DNA of 64,000 bases from NCBI RefSeq assembly GCF_009914755.1, contig NC_060937.1. One strand, 5' to 3'. Made by a program: the position numbers and the translations under genes. How positions within the stretch are numbered: the stretch's first letter is position 1; the number at the start of each line of letters is the position of its first letter. The notes under the pieces were generated by a model. It saw only the letters and a program-made list of their open reading frames with translations. It ran no database searches and had not been told where the DNA came from. Below are positions 16,346 to 33,863 of the stretch, one piece after another. This DNA comes from the human T2T-CHM13v2.0 reference genome, Homo sapiens.

Positions 16346-19300
16346 TTTTTATTTTTTGTGGGTATACAGTAGTTGTGTGTATAAATGGGGTATATGAGAT
16401 ACTTTGATACAGGCATGCAACATGTAACAATCACAGCATGGTAAATGGGGTATCCATCTCCTCAAGCATTTACTCTGTATTACAAAAATTGAATTATATG
16501 ATTTCAGTTATTTTAAAAGGTACAACTAAATTATTATTGATTATAATAATTGTCAATTATTGACAATTGCAGTGTTGTGGTATCAAGTACTACTGTTGTG
16601 CTACCAGTACAAACTGTGTTATCAGTACAAATACTACTGTTGTGCTATCAGCACAAATACCCTGTTGTGCAATCAAATAGTACCTCTACCTCTTATTCAT
16701 TCTTTTTAACTATTTCTTGTACCCATTAGCCATCCTCACTTCCCTCTATGGCCCTACCAAACTGCCCCCCTACTATGCTTCTCAGCCTCTGGTAACCATC
16801 CTTCTACTCTCTATCTCCGTTGAATTCAACTCAATGGGATTCTTAGCGCCCATAAATAAATGAGAACATGCAAAGTTTGTCTTTCTGTGCCTGGCTTATT
16901 TCATTTAACATAATAACCCTCATCCATGTTGTTAAAAATGACAGAATCTCATTCTTTTTTTTCTGGCTCCACTGTGTATACATACTACATTTTCTTTATC
17001 CATTCATCTGTTGATTGACACTTACGTTGCTTCCAAATCTTGACTATTTTCAATAATGCTGCAACAAACATGGGAATGTAGACATCTCTTCAACATACTG
17101 AGTTCCTTTCTTGTGAGTATATACTTAACAGTGAAATTGCTGGATTATATGGAAGCTCTAGTTTAGTTTTATGAGGAACCTCCAAGCTGTTTTCCATAGT
17201 GGTTGTACTAATTTACATTTCCACCAACAGTGTACCAGGCTTCCCATTTCTCCACATTCTCACTAGCATTTGCTGTTGCCTGACTTTTGGACAAAATTCA
17301 TTTTAACTGGGATAAGATGATATCTCATTGTAGTTTTGATTTGCATGTTTCTGATAATATAACTGCTTGCAATTCATATGCCTTCTTTTAAGAAATGTTT
17401 ATTGAAATATTTTGCCCATTTTAAAGATCAGATTACTAGATTTTTTTCCTATACAGTAGTTTGAGCTGCTTATCTGTTCTAGTTATTAATGTTTTGTCAG
17501 GTGAATAGTTTGCAAATATGTTTTCCTATTCTGTGGGTTGTCTCCTCACTTTATTGATCATTTCCTTTGACATGCAGAAGATTTTTAACTTGATGTAACT
17601 TCATTTGTCCATATTTGCTTTGGTTGCCTCTGCTTGTGGGGTATTACTCAAGACATTTTTGCCAAGACCTGGAGAGACTTTCCCCAATGTTTTCTTGCAG
17701 TAGCTTTTTAATTCGAGGTCTTAGATTTAAGTATTTAATCCATTTTGATTCGACTTTTGTATATGGCAAGAGTTGGGGTTATAATTTCATTCTTTTGCAT
17801 GTAGATATCCAGTTTCCAAGCATGATTTATTGAAGAGATTGTCTTTTCCCTAATTTAAGTTCTTGGCACCTTTGTTGAAAATGAGTTCAGTGAAAATGTA
17901 TAAAATTTTTTTCTGGGTTATCTGTTCAATTCCATTGGTTTATGTGTCTATTTTTATGCCAGTACCAGGCTGCTACACTTACTATAGCTTTGTAATATAA
18001 TTTGAAGTCAGTTAATGTGATTCCTGCATTTAATCTGTGAATTGCTTTGGGTAATATAGACATTTTAATATACTAACACTATCAATCCATGAACATGGAA
18101 TATCTTTCAATTTTTGTATCTTCAATTTATCTTATGATTGTGTTATAGTTTTTGTTGTAGAAATCCTTTACTTCTTTGGTTGATTTCTATGTATTTAGTT
18201 CTATTTGTGGCTATGATAAATGGTATTTCTTTTTAAATTCTTTTTCAGATTGTTCACTCTTGGCATATAGAAATGCTACTGATTCCTGCCGGGCGCGGTG
18301 GCTCATGCCTGTAATCCCAGGACTTTGGGAAGGTGAGGTGGGCAGATCACGAGGTCAGGAGATCGAGACCATACTGGCTAACACGATGAAACCCCGTCTC
18401 TACTAAAAATACAAAAAAAGTTAGCCAGGCGTGATGGTGGGTAACTGTAGCCCCAGCTCCTCGGGAGGCTGAGGCAGGAGAATGGTGTGAACCCAGGAGG
18501 CGGAGCTTGCAGTGAGCCAAGATTGCACCACTGCACTCCAGCCTGGGTGACAAAGTGAGACTCTGTCTCAAAAAAAAAAAAAAAAAATACTGATTTTTAT
18601 ATATTGATTTGTATCCTGAAACTCTACTGAATTTATCAGTTCTAGTAGTTTTTGTGGAGTCTTCAGGTTTTTTACAAATATAAGATTATATCATCTGCAA
18701 AACAAAGATAATTTGTCTTCTTCCCTTTAGATGCCCTTTATTTCTCTCTCTTGTCTGATTGCTTTTGCTAGGACTTCCAGTACTATGGAGAATAACAGTG
18801 GTGAAAGTGGGCATCCTGGTCATGTTCCAGATCTTAGAGAAGGGGATTTCAGTGTTTCCCTTGTCAGTATGATACTAGCTGTGGGTATGTCATATATGGC
18901 TTTCATTATGTTGATAATGTTCTTTCTCTACCCAGGTTTCTGAGGGTTTTTACTCATGATGGGATGTTGAATTTTATCAAATGCTTTTTTAAAATGTCTT
19001 AATTTAAATGATTATATAATCTTTTCCTTCATTTTGGTGATGTGATGTATCATTTGGATTGATTTGCAACCATTCTTGCATCCTTGTGATAAATCACACA
19101 TGATCATGAAGAATGATATTTTTAATGTATTGCTTAAAGGTTTGCTAGCATTTTGTTGAGGATTTTTGCATCAATATTAATTGGAGATATTGTAGTTTTC
19201 TTTTTTTAAAGTGTCTTTGATTTTGGTATAAAGGTAATTCTGGTGTTATAGAATGAGTTTGGAAGTATTCCCCATCTGTATTTTGTGGAATAGTTTCAGT

Positions 19301-19465
19301 AGGATTGGTGTTAGTTCTTTAAATATTTGTTAGAATTCAGTAGTGAAGCCATAGAATATTGGGGCTTTTCCTTTTCTGGGAGACTTTTTATTACAGCTTT
19401 GTTCTCATTATTTGTTATTGGTCTGTTCATGTTTTGTATTTCTTTGTGTTTCAATTTTGGTGTGT
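16346..19465 (-). mobile_element. L1MA (L1MA2/3-like) 3' ~3 kb, truncated within the RT region
   Basis: 3' end tgtgggtatacagtag...aatggggtatccatc followed by ORF2 antisense homology; ends abruptly at ~19465. Confidence 0.85.
18288..18587 (+). mobile_element. AluY in L1MA
   Basis: gagatcgagaccat..ggctaacacg, gaatggtgtgaaccc, gagcttgcag; partial TSD tactgatt. Confidence 0.9.
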
Positions 19466-20102
19466 TTCTTGGCCCTAGTCTGGTCCACTCAGACCTGCTC
19501 CATGCTCACCATCAGGCAGCTGGTGGTCCTTCTTGAAGAGTGAGTGCAGCAGGGACCAGTGGTTGGGCTGAAGCCCCTTCACCTCATGCAGACTCTCCAA
19601 TACTCATTGAACTTCATGGTGAGGGACAGAGGACCCACCCTGGCTCTCAGCGGGAGAGCAGGGAATTCTTGTTCAAGGAAGCCCCTGGGGCATCCGCAGG
19701 AGGCAGCCCTTGGGAAAAAGCGCCCAAGGCCCCCCTCAACCGGCCATCCTGCCTCCTCTGCAGGACCTTCCCTTCCCCTCTTTCCCTCCCTCCTGAGGTG
19801 AAAAGGAGGGGAGGAGACCACGGAGCCCTCTGTGTCAGGGAAACCTGGCCCTTCCTTTTGAGCGTTCAGGGGACTCGCATGGGCCTTGCCCCTTCTCCAG
19901 GACCTGGAAGCTTCTCTCTCTGAAGAGCCCTGAGTTCCAGTCTCAAGTGTCTCGTTCCCCATTGCCTCCTGCTTCTCCTTTCATCCCCCCCACCACCACC
20001 TGGGGCTCACACTCCCTGCCTTTGGGCTTCAAATGTTGTACTACGTGCTTGACCCACTAGCCTGCTTAATCTTCAAAATCACTCTATCAAAAAGACATTT
20101 TA

Positions 20103-20405
<303 letters not shown>

Positions 20406-20939
20406 TTAAAAAGTGAAATTGCCAAAATCATTCATTTAACCAATAAGATGAGCACCTACCTATCAGGGACAATAAAATTTTAAAGGTGCCAACAATTATG
20501 AAGGCAGTATTGAATTTACTTGAAATATGAAGAACACCACATTGGGTGAATTTAGATAGGAAGGCCAAGGAGATATTCCTAGGAATATCATTATATATGG
20601 AAAACACTGAAAAAAGACACTGCAGTGTTTGAGAAAATAATGGCCATAGAAAGAGATTTCATGGACCTTCCAGCTTATGAAAAAATCAACTGAAATTGCT
20701 CGACATTAGGTTAGAACATTAAAAAGGAAAATAAGCCATTATAGAAGGAGAGAATTGGAATAGGGGACAGGAATGACCCATTTCCCAGTCTCTGCCTAGA
20801 ACAGGGCTGGGGAAAAATCTGTGGTCATCACATTCACCATTGCATAAACACATATTGTTTCTATATGTCAGCAAGGAGCAAGTGCTACCAAGACAAGGCA
20901 AGGAAAAGGAATAGAGAATATTGCTGGGTGCTTTTCTGT

Positions 20940-21180
20940 AGGGTGATCAGGGAAGGCCTCACTGAAAAAGAGACATTAGAGCAGAGCAAGTGACAGAGAG
21001 AGAGTCATAGAGAGATCTGTGGGAAGAGCATTCCACATGAGGGCAACAGACACTGCAAATGCCCTGAGGCAGGGAGTGCTTGACATGTCTGAGGAGCCAG
21101 AAAAAGGCCAGTGGGGCTGGAATGAAGTGAGTGAGGAGTAATAGGTGCAGAACACACATGGCCTTAGAGATCATGGCTCT
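20940..21180 (+). mobile_element. L2a fragment
   Basis: tcagggaaggcctcactga...gggaagagcattcca...tgcaaatgccctgaggcagg...ggccagtggggctgga. Confidence 0.75.
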
Positions 21181-21564
21181 AGGTGTTTTGTTTTATTTTC
21201 CAATTTTTAAAATTGTGTTAAAATACACATAACATAAGCGTCTGGGATCCCGCAGGATGCTGGCCCCAAACAGGCCAATTTGTCCTGTCTCTGTGGGATT
21301 TGTTGGTTCTAGAAGATCAGATTTGGTCTGGGTCACCCAAATCTGTCTGTACCCCAACCTCCACTGTCTGCTCTTACCTCCCTAGGTGTTGGCTCAGGTA
21401 CTGGGCAAACTTTACCAGGAATATATACATTGTGTGGAATTTCTTAGCTTCCACTTCAACAAAGTTGAAACTTCGGGGAAATGATTTGCCAAGGGTTACA
21501 ACTTGGGGAAAATGATGATAGTTTGCTTTACAAATTGCTCTAGTTAACCAATAAAAGTATGGCA

Positions 21565-22175
21565 TGCCTACCCAGGTACAGTGGAATTCGAGGTAAACAG
21601 CAGAACAGATGCATGCTCAGGTACATTTGAGTTGGAGATAAACAGCAAAACAGATGCGTGCTCAAGTACACTTGAATTCGAGGTGAACAGCAGTATGCAT
21701 ACGTGCCCAGCTACACTTGAATTCGAGATAAACAGCAGAAAAGATGCGTGCCCATGTACACTTGAATTTGAGATAAACAGCAGTATGGATGCATGCTCAG
21801 GTACACTTGAATTCAAGGTGAACGGCAGCACGATGTGTGCCCAGCTACACTTGAGTTCGAGGTAAACATCAGCACGATGCATGCCCAGATACACTTGAAT
21901 TCGAGATAAACAGCAGAACAGATGCGTGCTCAGGTACACTTGATTTCAAGGTGAACAGCAGCACCAGGCATGCCCAGATAACACTTGAATTCGAGATAAA
22001 CAGGAGAACAGATGTGTGCTCAGCTACACTTGAATTCGAGGTGAACAGCAGTATGCATGCATGCCCAGATACACTTGAATTCAAAGTAAACAGCAGCCCA
22101 GGTACGCTTGAATTCAAGGTTAACAGCTGTATGCATGTGTGCCCAGCTACACTTGAATTTGAGATCAACAGCAAT
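21565..22175 (+). repeat. 45-bp minisatellite, ~14 copies, probably derived from a MER53 terminus
   Basis: Unit cccagctacacttgaattcgagataaacagcagaacagatgcgtg; the unit and its flanks resemble MER53 (caaataaaaatacaggatgcccagttaaatttgaatttcagataaacaac). Confidence 0.85.
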
Positions 22176-22953
22176 ATTGAATTTTCTACCAAAAATGCAT
22201 ATGCTCTGTCTCTGAATAAATGTGCAAGAAATGAAAGTTCTACGTGCCCAACAACTCTTTGCTTCCATTTCCTTACGGTCATGAAGCCACACCTGCCTGG
22301 AGCTACTAATCTATTTCCTGAGCATCAGAACCCTCTTGCTCATTTGGGGAATCCATCTCCCTGCAGTTGACCTGTGGACCTCCAGCATCCCTGGGCAGCC
22401 TGAGGACCCTAAACCCTGTAGTTCAGTTTATGACATGCAGGCTTGGAGGAATTTCCCTCCATAAGGCTGCTGTGAACTCTCACGCCAGGAGAAATTAAAA
22501 TTTGTAATACAGCGGAGATCTCTGAATGAGCTTTTCTCCCTGATACATGTCAGCGAACTCAGTGTGTCTTTGGAAATCCGGAAACCTCCTTTTCTCAGTT
22601 CAGGCTGCCTGCATCATGCTGGTTTGCTTCCTGCAGCAAAACAGATCATCCAGACACCTCTCTGTTTTCCTTTGAATATTCCCCACGCTACCACGCCATT
22701 CGTGGGCAGGACCTCAGTCCCTGAGGTCAGAATAGAGACACCTCTGACATCCCATGGCTGTACCCACAAATAACCCTTCCTCGGCAGTCGCTGAAGCCAC
22801 ATCTCTACACAGCTGTCTGTTGTCTTACTGTGGCATAAGCATAAAACAGATTTTTTTTTGACATGTATTATAGCACCTGCTGGCTTTATTTCCCTCCCTT
22901 ATACCATAATATTGCTTGTTGATTTGTATCAACGGATTTGCATCTTCTGCCCG

Positions 22954-22954
<1 letters not shown>

Positions 22955-22989
<35 letters not shown>

Positions 22990-22990
22990 A
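22955..22990. repeat. (CA)n microsatellite
   Basis: Visible CA run. Confidence 0.95.
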
Positions 22991-24279
22991 TCCACCCCAC
23001 TCCCCCCACTAGTGACTAGGTACACTTGAATTCGAAGTAAATAGCACACACAAGAGATATGTCCAGCACGTGATTTTCACAGGCCTGATTTCACAGCGGT
23101 GCTGGAGGCAAACCTCGCAGCCTCTAGCCTGTGCAGACCGCATCATGACAAATTGTATAAATATGTGCAAATTGTCCAGATGATGTCATGTGTGCCCCAG
23201 CCTCCTCTCCAAGTGGGCAGAACGCTTCAGGGAAGGTCAGGGCAGGCCTTGCTCTGAATTCAGTTGAGGTAATTGCATTCAATTTGCTTAAATGTATCAC
23301 AGAGAAAAGCCCTGTCTGTTGATCTCAATCGTATTAAGAAGTTTATTTTCCGCCGGGGCCGGACTCCACGGCCTCACGGAGAGGAAGCCTTCTCTCGGTT
23401 ATGTCCTTCTTTCTCCTGCTTGATTCCAGGTCCTGGGGGCAGCCCTGGGAATGCCAGAGAGGGCCCCCCGCCCCCGCCACAAGAAATACCTTATGGCTCT
23501 CTCCCTAGCCACCTGCAGGGCTCGGAATGGCCGCAAATAAGCATGAGGATTTCTGTGCTTAGGGAATAGTTTGTCAGCTCTTTGCAGGTGTGATTTGACG
23601 ATGCCAGTGAGTGAACAGAGCCTGAGGTTTCACCCCAAAAGATCGTTCTGTGGTTTGCCTACCATGATTCAACAGCCCAGGATCTGCTCGGGCACAGACA
23701 ACCTGAAGTGTAAAGAGGCTCCTGAGAGCCGGGTCCCAGCTCGGCCCCAGACACCCTCTCTGCACCGACCCCGCGAGCCCCCAAAAGTCATCTCTACCAG
23801 AGGTTCTCCTCATTTCTGAGAAGAAGGAAGCAGGGCCCATGCGTTTTGAGGTTGCCTCTGGCTCCAACGCGGTGACACGCAATGCCAGCCTCATGAGGGT
23901 GAGAGTCCTCTGAATGGCCCACGCTCTCTTGTGACAATGACACTTGTCTGTGAAGGAGAAGGCCAAGCTGACTCACACGCTGAGTGCCCCAAGGATGAAG
24001 GGGGTCCCCGGAGTGGGTACCGCACCTCCCTCTTTGCAGACAAGGAGGGGGCGGCTCTGAGACCCACAGGGATGTACCAGAGAGTGCGTGTTAGGCAGAA
24101 CCGAACCTCCCCAGGAAGGGAGGGAAAAGCAGGTGGCTGATATCTGCAGGGTCCTCTTGTACCTGAAACTCCAAAACTTTACACTATTTTCAGAATAACA
24201 GCAGCAGCAGATACAAAAGAACTCATGAGGGTTATGTCTTATAAAATAACAGAAAATATCTTAGGCAGACTGGGGAGTT

Positions 24280-25975
24280 TCTGTCTATCTATTACCCATC
24301 TATCATCTATCGACCTATTGATCTATTTATATATAATCTATCTAACATCTATCATCTATCTATCAATCATCTATCATCTACTATATATCCATCATCTATC
24401 ATCCATCCATCTATCCATCTATATATGTATTTCTCTATTGAATCTATAATCTATGTATCAATTATCTACTTATCATCTAACTGTTTGGCTAGCTAGCCGT
24501 CTATCTACCTATCATCTCTCTACTATCATCTACTATATATCCATCATGTATCTATCATCCATCCATCTATGCATCCATCCATCTATCCATGTATCTATAT
24601 ATGTATTTATCTATTGAATCTATAATCTGTGTATCAATTATCTATCTACCTATCATCTATCCCAGTAGCTATCTATCAACTTACCTACCTATCTATCTAT
24701 CTAATGTATTATCTAATCTATGTATTTATCTATTGAATCTATAATCTATGTATCAATTATCTACCTATCATCTATCTGTCTGGCTAGCTAGCCATCTATC
24801 TACCTATCATCTCTCTACTATCTATCTATCATCTACTATATATCCATCCTCTATCATCCATCCATCAATCTATCCATCTATATATGTATTTATCTATTGA
24901 ATCTATAATCTATGTATCAATTATCTACCTATCACCTATCCCTGTAGCTATCTACCTACTTACCTATTGATCTATCTATCCATCTAATGTATTATCTATT
25001 TATCTATTGAATCTATAATCTATGTATCAATTATCTACCTATCATCTATCCGTCTAGCTAGCTGTCTATCTACCTATCATCTCCCTAGTATCTATCGTCT
25101 ACTATATATCCATCATCTATCTATTATCCATCCATCTATCCATCTATCTATATATGCACTTATCTATTGAATCTGTAACCTATGTATCAATTATCTATCT
25201 ACCTATCATCTATCCCTGTAGCCATCTATCCACCTATCTATCTAATGCATTATCTATCTGTTGAATCTATAATCTATGTATCACTTATCTACCTATCATC
25301 TCTCCATCTAGCTAGCTAGCTGTCTATCCACCTACCATCTCTCTACTATCTATAGTCTACTATATATCCATCATCTATCTATTATCCATCCATCTATCCA
25401 TCTATCTATATATGTATTTATCTATTGAATCTATAATCTATGTATCAATTATCCATCTACCTATCATCTATCCGCCTAGCTAGCTAGCTGTCTATCTATC
25501 TACCTATCAGCTCTCTACTATTTATCATCTACTATATATCCATCCTCTATTATCCATCCATTTATCTATATATTTATGTATCAAATCTATAATCTATGTA
25601 TCAGTTGTCTACCTATCATCTATCCCTGTATCTATTTGCCTATCATCCCTCCACTATCTGCCTATCTAGCTCTCTATCTTCTATGCATCTATCCAGTTAT
25701 CTCTCTATATATCTGTCATATATTTATCTACCTATCTCTATCATTTATGTAATTTAACTCACCTATTCCTATGTATTAATAATATATCTGTTATCTATCT
25801 ATCATTTATGTATTTACCTAGGTCTATCATTTAATTGTCCTAATTTATGTCTTTTCTATTAATTATATACCTACCATCTATCTCGTTCTAACAGTTATCT
25901 ATTTCTATCTAGTTTAACCTATTTAGTTTATTTCTTTCCATCTGTAATAGAATATGTCTATTGTCTATCTATATA
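24280..25975. repeat. Large (TATC/CATC)n low-complexity tract with higher-order units
   Basis: Recurring tatttatctattgaatctataatctatgtatcaattatc anchor, about 9 times. Confidence 0.92.
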
Positions 25976-25978
25976 TCC

Positions 25979-26287
<309 letters not shown>

Positions 26288-26999
26288 TGTCTATATACCT
26301 TTCTCTCTCTCTCTCTCTCTCCACACACAGGCACACACATAATTGTTTTTGTAAGCATCTGGAGAATACGTCTAATCATCTAATCTCCCATTTCAATTTG
26401 GGATCCATTACTTCCATAGTCAACACTATCCAATTAGCAATAGCCACTTAAACACTTCAGGCATCTTGGAATGTCTATTTTTCTAAGCCAAGATCTAAAA
26501 CCTTGGATGTCAGATTTTCCAGATCTCCTGTTTTGGGGACTGGTGTGAAAACGTCATTCGATGACAGGCCGACCCAGGTGGCCCCTGCCTTAACATCAAA
26601 CGCCATCAAACTCTCCGAACACGCTTCTGGCTCCAGGCAGGTGCCGTTTTTCTCCCCACAGAAAGGTCAGCTAGAGTCACCCTTAAAATAATGCACTTGT
26701 ATATTTTTTATTGTGTGGACAAGAAATTGGGAACAGTTTCAGGCTGCTCAGAGAAACGGGTTAAGTTTATTTTTGAACAGAGGTTTATTAAAAAAAAAAA
26801 AGCCAAGGAAAGTCATGCATGGTTTTGAGCTTCTGCCTCTCAGTACCTGGTAGATGCTGGTGTTGCAAAGTGGACACAGCAATTTGATCCCTTCCCTGGG
26901 TCACCAGGGAAACCTGTGCCCCACACTTGTCTCAGCTGCAGATGTGTAAAAGCGGCTGAGATGGTTTCTTCTAGAAGTGAGTTAAAAAGGACTGTAAGG

Positions 27000-27639
<640 letters not shown>

Positions 27640-27847
27640 CTAACCATGCTGGTTTGTGGATCTTGTTGATCCCTGGGAGATCCAGTGTGGGGCTGTGACT
27701 CACAAACTTCCCTAATGTGGGGCCTTGAGTGTATAATCAACACTCTCGCGTCTGAAGTTAACTGGGATGCTGGTTTCCTGCAGACACCTTCCAGGGAGAA
27801 AAAGCCGAGATGCTGCTGGCTGCATGGGTCCCCCATGGAGTCACTTA

Positions 27848-28865
<1,018 letters not shown>

Positions 28866-28869
28866 CGTG

Positions 28870-29268
28870 AATTAAAAAAGGGGTGATCAGGCCATGGTGG
28901 CATCTTTCTCATGAATGGGCTTAAGGTCCTTAGGAAAGAGGCTTCCTGGCCGGACACGGTGGCTCATGCCTGTAATCCCAGCATTTTGGGAGGCTGAGGT
29001 GGGTGGATCATGAGGTCAGGGGTTCAAGATCAGCCTGGCCAACATGGTGAAACCCCGTCTCTGCTAAAAATACAAAAATTAGCCGGATGTGTTGGCAGGC
29101 ACCTGTAATCCCAGCTACTCAGGAGGCTGAGGCAGAAGAATTGTTTCAACCGGGGAGGTGGAGGTTGCAGTGAGCCGAGGTCACACCGCTGTGCTCCAGC
29201 CTGGGCGATAGAGCAAGACTCCTTCTCGAAAAAAAGAGAGAAAGAAAGAAAAAGAAAGAAAGAGAGAG

Positions 29269-29315
<47 letters not shown>

Positions 29316-29900
29316 CAGTAAGAGACAGGCTTCCTGTAACATTCAGTTCCCTTGGTCTTCCACCTTTACCATGTAAGGACAAGGTGTGTCTTCCTTCTGG
29401 AAGATTTAGCAGGAAGGTGCCATCTTGGAGGCAGAGAATAGCACTCATCAGATATAGAATCTGCTGGTGCCTTGGTCTTCATGTAAGGACAAGGTGTTTC
29501 TTCCTTCTGGAATATTCATCAGGAAGGCACCATCGTGGGGGCAAAGAACAGCCCTCATCAGATATGGAATCTGCTGGTGCCTTGGTCTTCATGTAAAGAC
29601 AAGGTGTTTCTTCCTTCTGGAAGATTCATCAGGAAGGTGCCATCTTGGAGGCAAAGAACAGCCCTCATCAGATATGGAAACTTCTGGTGCCTTGGTCTTC
29701 ATCTAAGGACAAGGGGTTTCTTCCTTCTGGAAGATTCAGCAGGAATGTGCCATCTTGGAGTCAAAGAACAGCCCTCATCAGATATGGAATCTGCTGGTGC
29801 CTCCATCTTGGACTTCTCCTCCTTCAGAAACAGGAGTAAATACATCTCTGCTCTGTATAAACCACACAGTCTTAGGGACTCTGTTCTAGCAGTGAAAACA
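28870..29900 (+). mobile_element. MST/MLT1A-type MaLR LTR with inserted AluS (28948-29315) and internal tandem expansion
   Basis: ctcatgaatgggc..aagaggcttcct [Alu, TSD aggcttcct] ..atcttggacttc..agtaaatac..ctgttctagcag. Confidence 0.75.
29370..29800 (+). repeat. 110-bp tandem repeat, ~4 copies, of a MaLR LTR segment
   Basis: Units start at 29370, 29480, 29590 and 29700 (catgtaaggacaaggtg...ctgctggtgccttggtctt). Confidence 0.92.
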
Positions 29901-30019
29901 AATCCAGGCAGATGCAGATACATGATTTACGTGGACTCAATGGCTAATAGAGATGACGTTCACCTGGAAACTCCACAGATGGGACCTTGACTAGCTAAGT
30001 CTAGGCTGACTGGAGAGTT

Positions 30020-30637
30020 CCTATCTGTCTATTACCTATCTATCATCTATCAATCAATTTATCTATCTACTATCTATCTATGTATCTATATATCTAACAT
30101 CTATCATCTTTCTATCAATCATCTATCATCTATATATCAATCATCTATCATTTATCTATATATTCATCTATCATCTACCTATCATCAATCTATCATCTAT
30201 GTATCTAACATCTATCATCTTTCTATCAATCATCTATCAATCATCTATCAACTATCAATCATCTATCATCTATCTATATATTCATCATCTATCATCTATC
30301 AATCAATCATCTATGTATCTATCTACCACCTACCTATCTATCAATAAATATTGATAGATAGGTAGGTGGATAGATAAACAGCCCTGATGAGGGCTCTCCT
30401 TTGCCTCCAAGATGGCGCCTTCCTGATGAATCTTCCAGAAGAAACACCTTGTCTTTACATGAAGACCACCTATCTATCTATGTCTGTGTCTATCCATTCA
30501 TCCATCTATCCATTCATCTATTTAATGTATTCTCTGTGTATTTATCTATTAAATCTATAATCTATGTATCAATTATCTATCTGTCATCTATCTATCTGTC
30601 TAGCTAGCTGTCTATCTGCCTATCCTCTCTCTACTAC
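30020..30637. repeat. (TATC)n tract with embedded inverted insertion
   Basis: Visible TATC tract, hairpin at 30326-30369, inverted MaLR unit at 30384-30468. Confidence 0.9.
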
Positions 30638-31038
30638 CAGGAGTTCATCGGTGGGTCTTGATCCTCTCACTTGGTAAGTATCATCACAGCTTAGAATCTC
30701 ACGTCTTCACCATCACCTCCTCTCTGTCCTATATAATTAGTTCCAAGGGTCTTAATTAGGCATTTATGTAACCCAGCACTGCTTATTGCAAAAGTTGAAT
30801 CTCCAATGAAAGGTTCTTAGCCTCCATGGAGATCCTGAGATTCTCTGCTTGGCTGTTCCCAACTTCCATGTCAACCTGGGGCTTGGGGCAACCCCTTCTC
30901 CATCTGGCATCTTGCCTCCTCCTTGGTGGCCTGGGCCAAGACTCTGTTCTCCCTGCCTGCCCGAGTCTCCATAAGCAAGGTTGCACTGCTCATTTAGATC
31001 TCAGATCTGTGGAGCTGACTGAGTTTCTGCATGCCTTA

Positions 31039-31575
<537 letters not shown>

Positions 31576-31842
31576 TTATCGCTGTGACAGCTTGGAATCC
31601 CAGAAGCCACAGGAACTCCAAGCACCTGTCACCCTCCTCACCGGTGCCCATTGAGGAGGGTGGCAAGGTGCTCCAATGACCATCACAGGTGGCATCTCAC
31701 TTTCATCTTAGTGGGCTGCCGTGGGTAGTGGCATCCTTGTAAATCCTAGCACTTTCTATGAAACGCAAAAAGTTAAGAGTTTGGGGACCGGGGACAACAT
31801 GGCTGAACAACTCTTAATTTTATGTATATATGTATGTATGTA

Positions 31843-33331
<1,489 letters not shown>

Positions 33332-33397
33332 TCATCCCTTTTCTTCCAAAAGATGCCCTGAAATTGGAACAGAGAGAAAATATCTTCCAGGAGAGCT

Positions 33398-33828
33398 GTC
33401 TCTCTCTGTGTCTCTCTCCCCCCTCTCTCTCCCCTGTCTCTCTCTCTCTGTCTCTCTCTCTCCGCTCTCTCTCCTCTGTCTCTCTCTCTCCCCTCTCCCG
33501 TCTCTCTCTCCTCTCTCTCTCTCCCGTCTCTCTCTCTCTCCTCTCTCTGTCTCTCTCTCTCTCCCTGTCTCTGTCTCTCTCTCCTCCCTCTCTCCTGTCT
33601 CTCTCTCCCCTCCCTCTCCCGTCTCTCTCTCTCCCCCCTCTGTCTCTCTCCCGTCTCTCTCTCTCCCCCCTCTCCCCTCTGTCTCTTTCTCTTCCCCCTC
33701 CCCTCTCTTTCTCTCTCTCCCCCCTCTCTTTCCCCCTCTCTGTCTCTCTCTCTCCCCTCTCTCTCCCCATCTCTCTCTCTCTCCCCTCTCTGTCTCTCTC
33801 TCTCTCTTCCCTGTCTCTCTCTCTCTGC

Positions 33829-33862
<34 letters not shown>
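33398..33862. repeat. ~465-bp CT-rich polypyrimidine tract
   Basis: Almost pure C/T with occasional G. Confidence 0.95.

Positions 33863-33863
<1 letters not shown>

Noticed and set aside
19540-19962. Overlapping 127-aa ORFs in GC-rich unique DNA (similar ones at 2356-3444 and 56177-56699)
   Set aside because: No recognisable domain, several use non-ATG starts, and such ORFs are expected by chance at this GC content
21565-22175. CRISPR-like array (regular spacing, palindromic core)
   Set aside because: Units are contiguous homologous copies with no unique spacers, there are no cas genes, and the context is primate DNA
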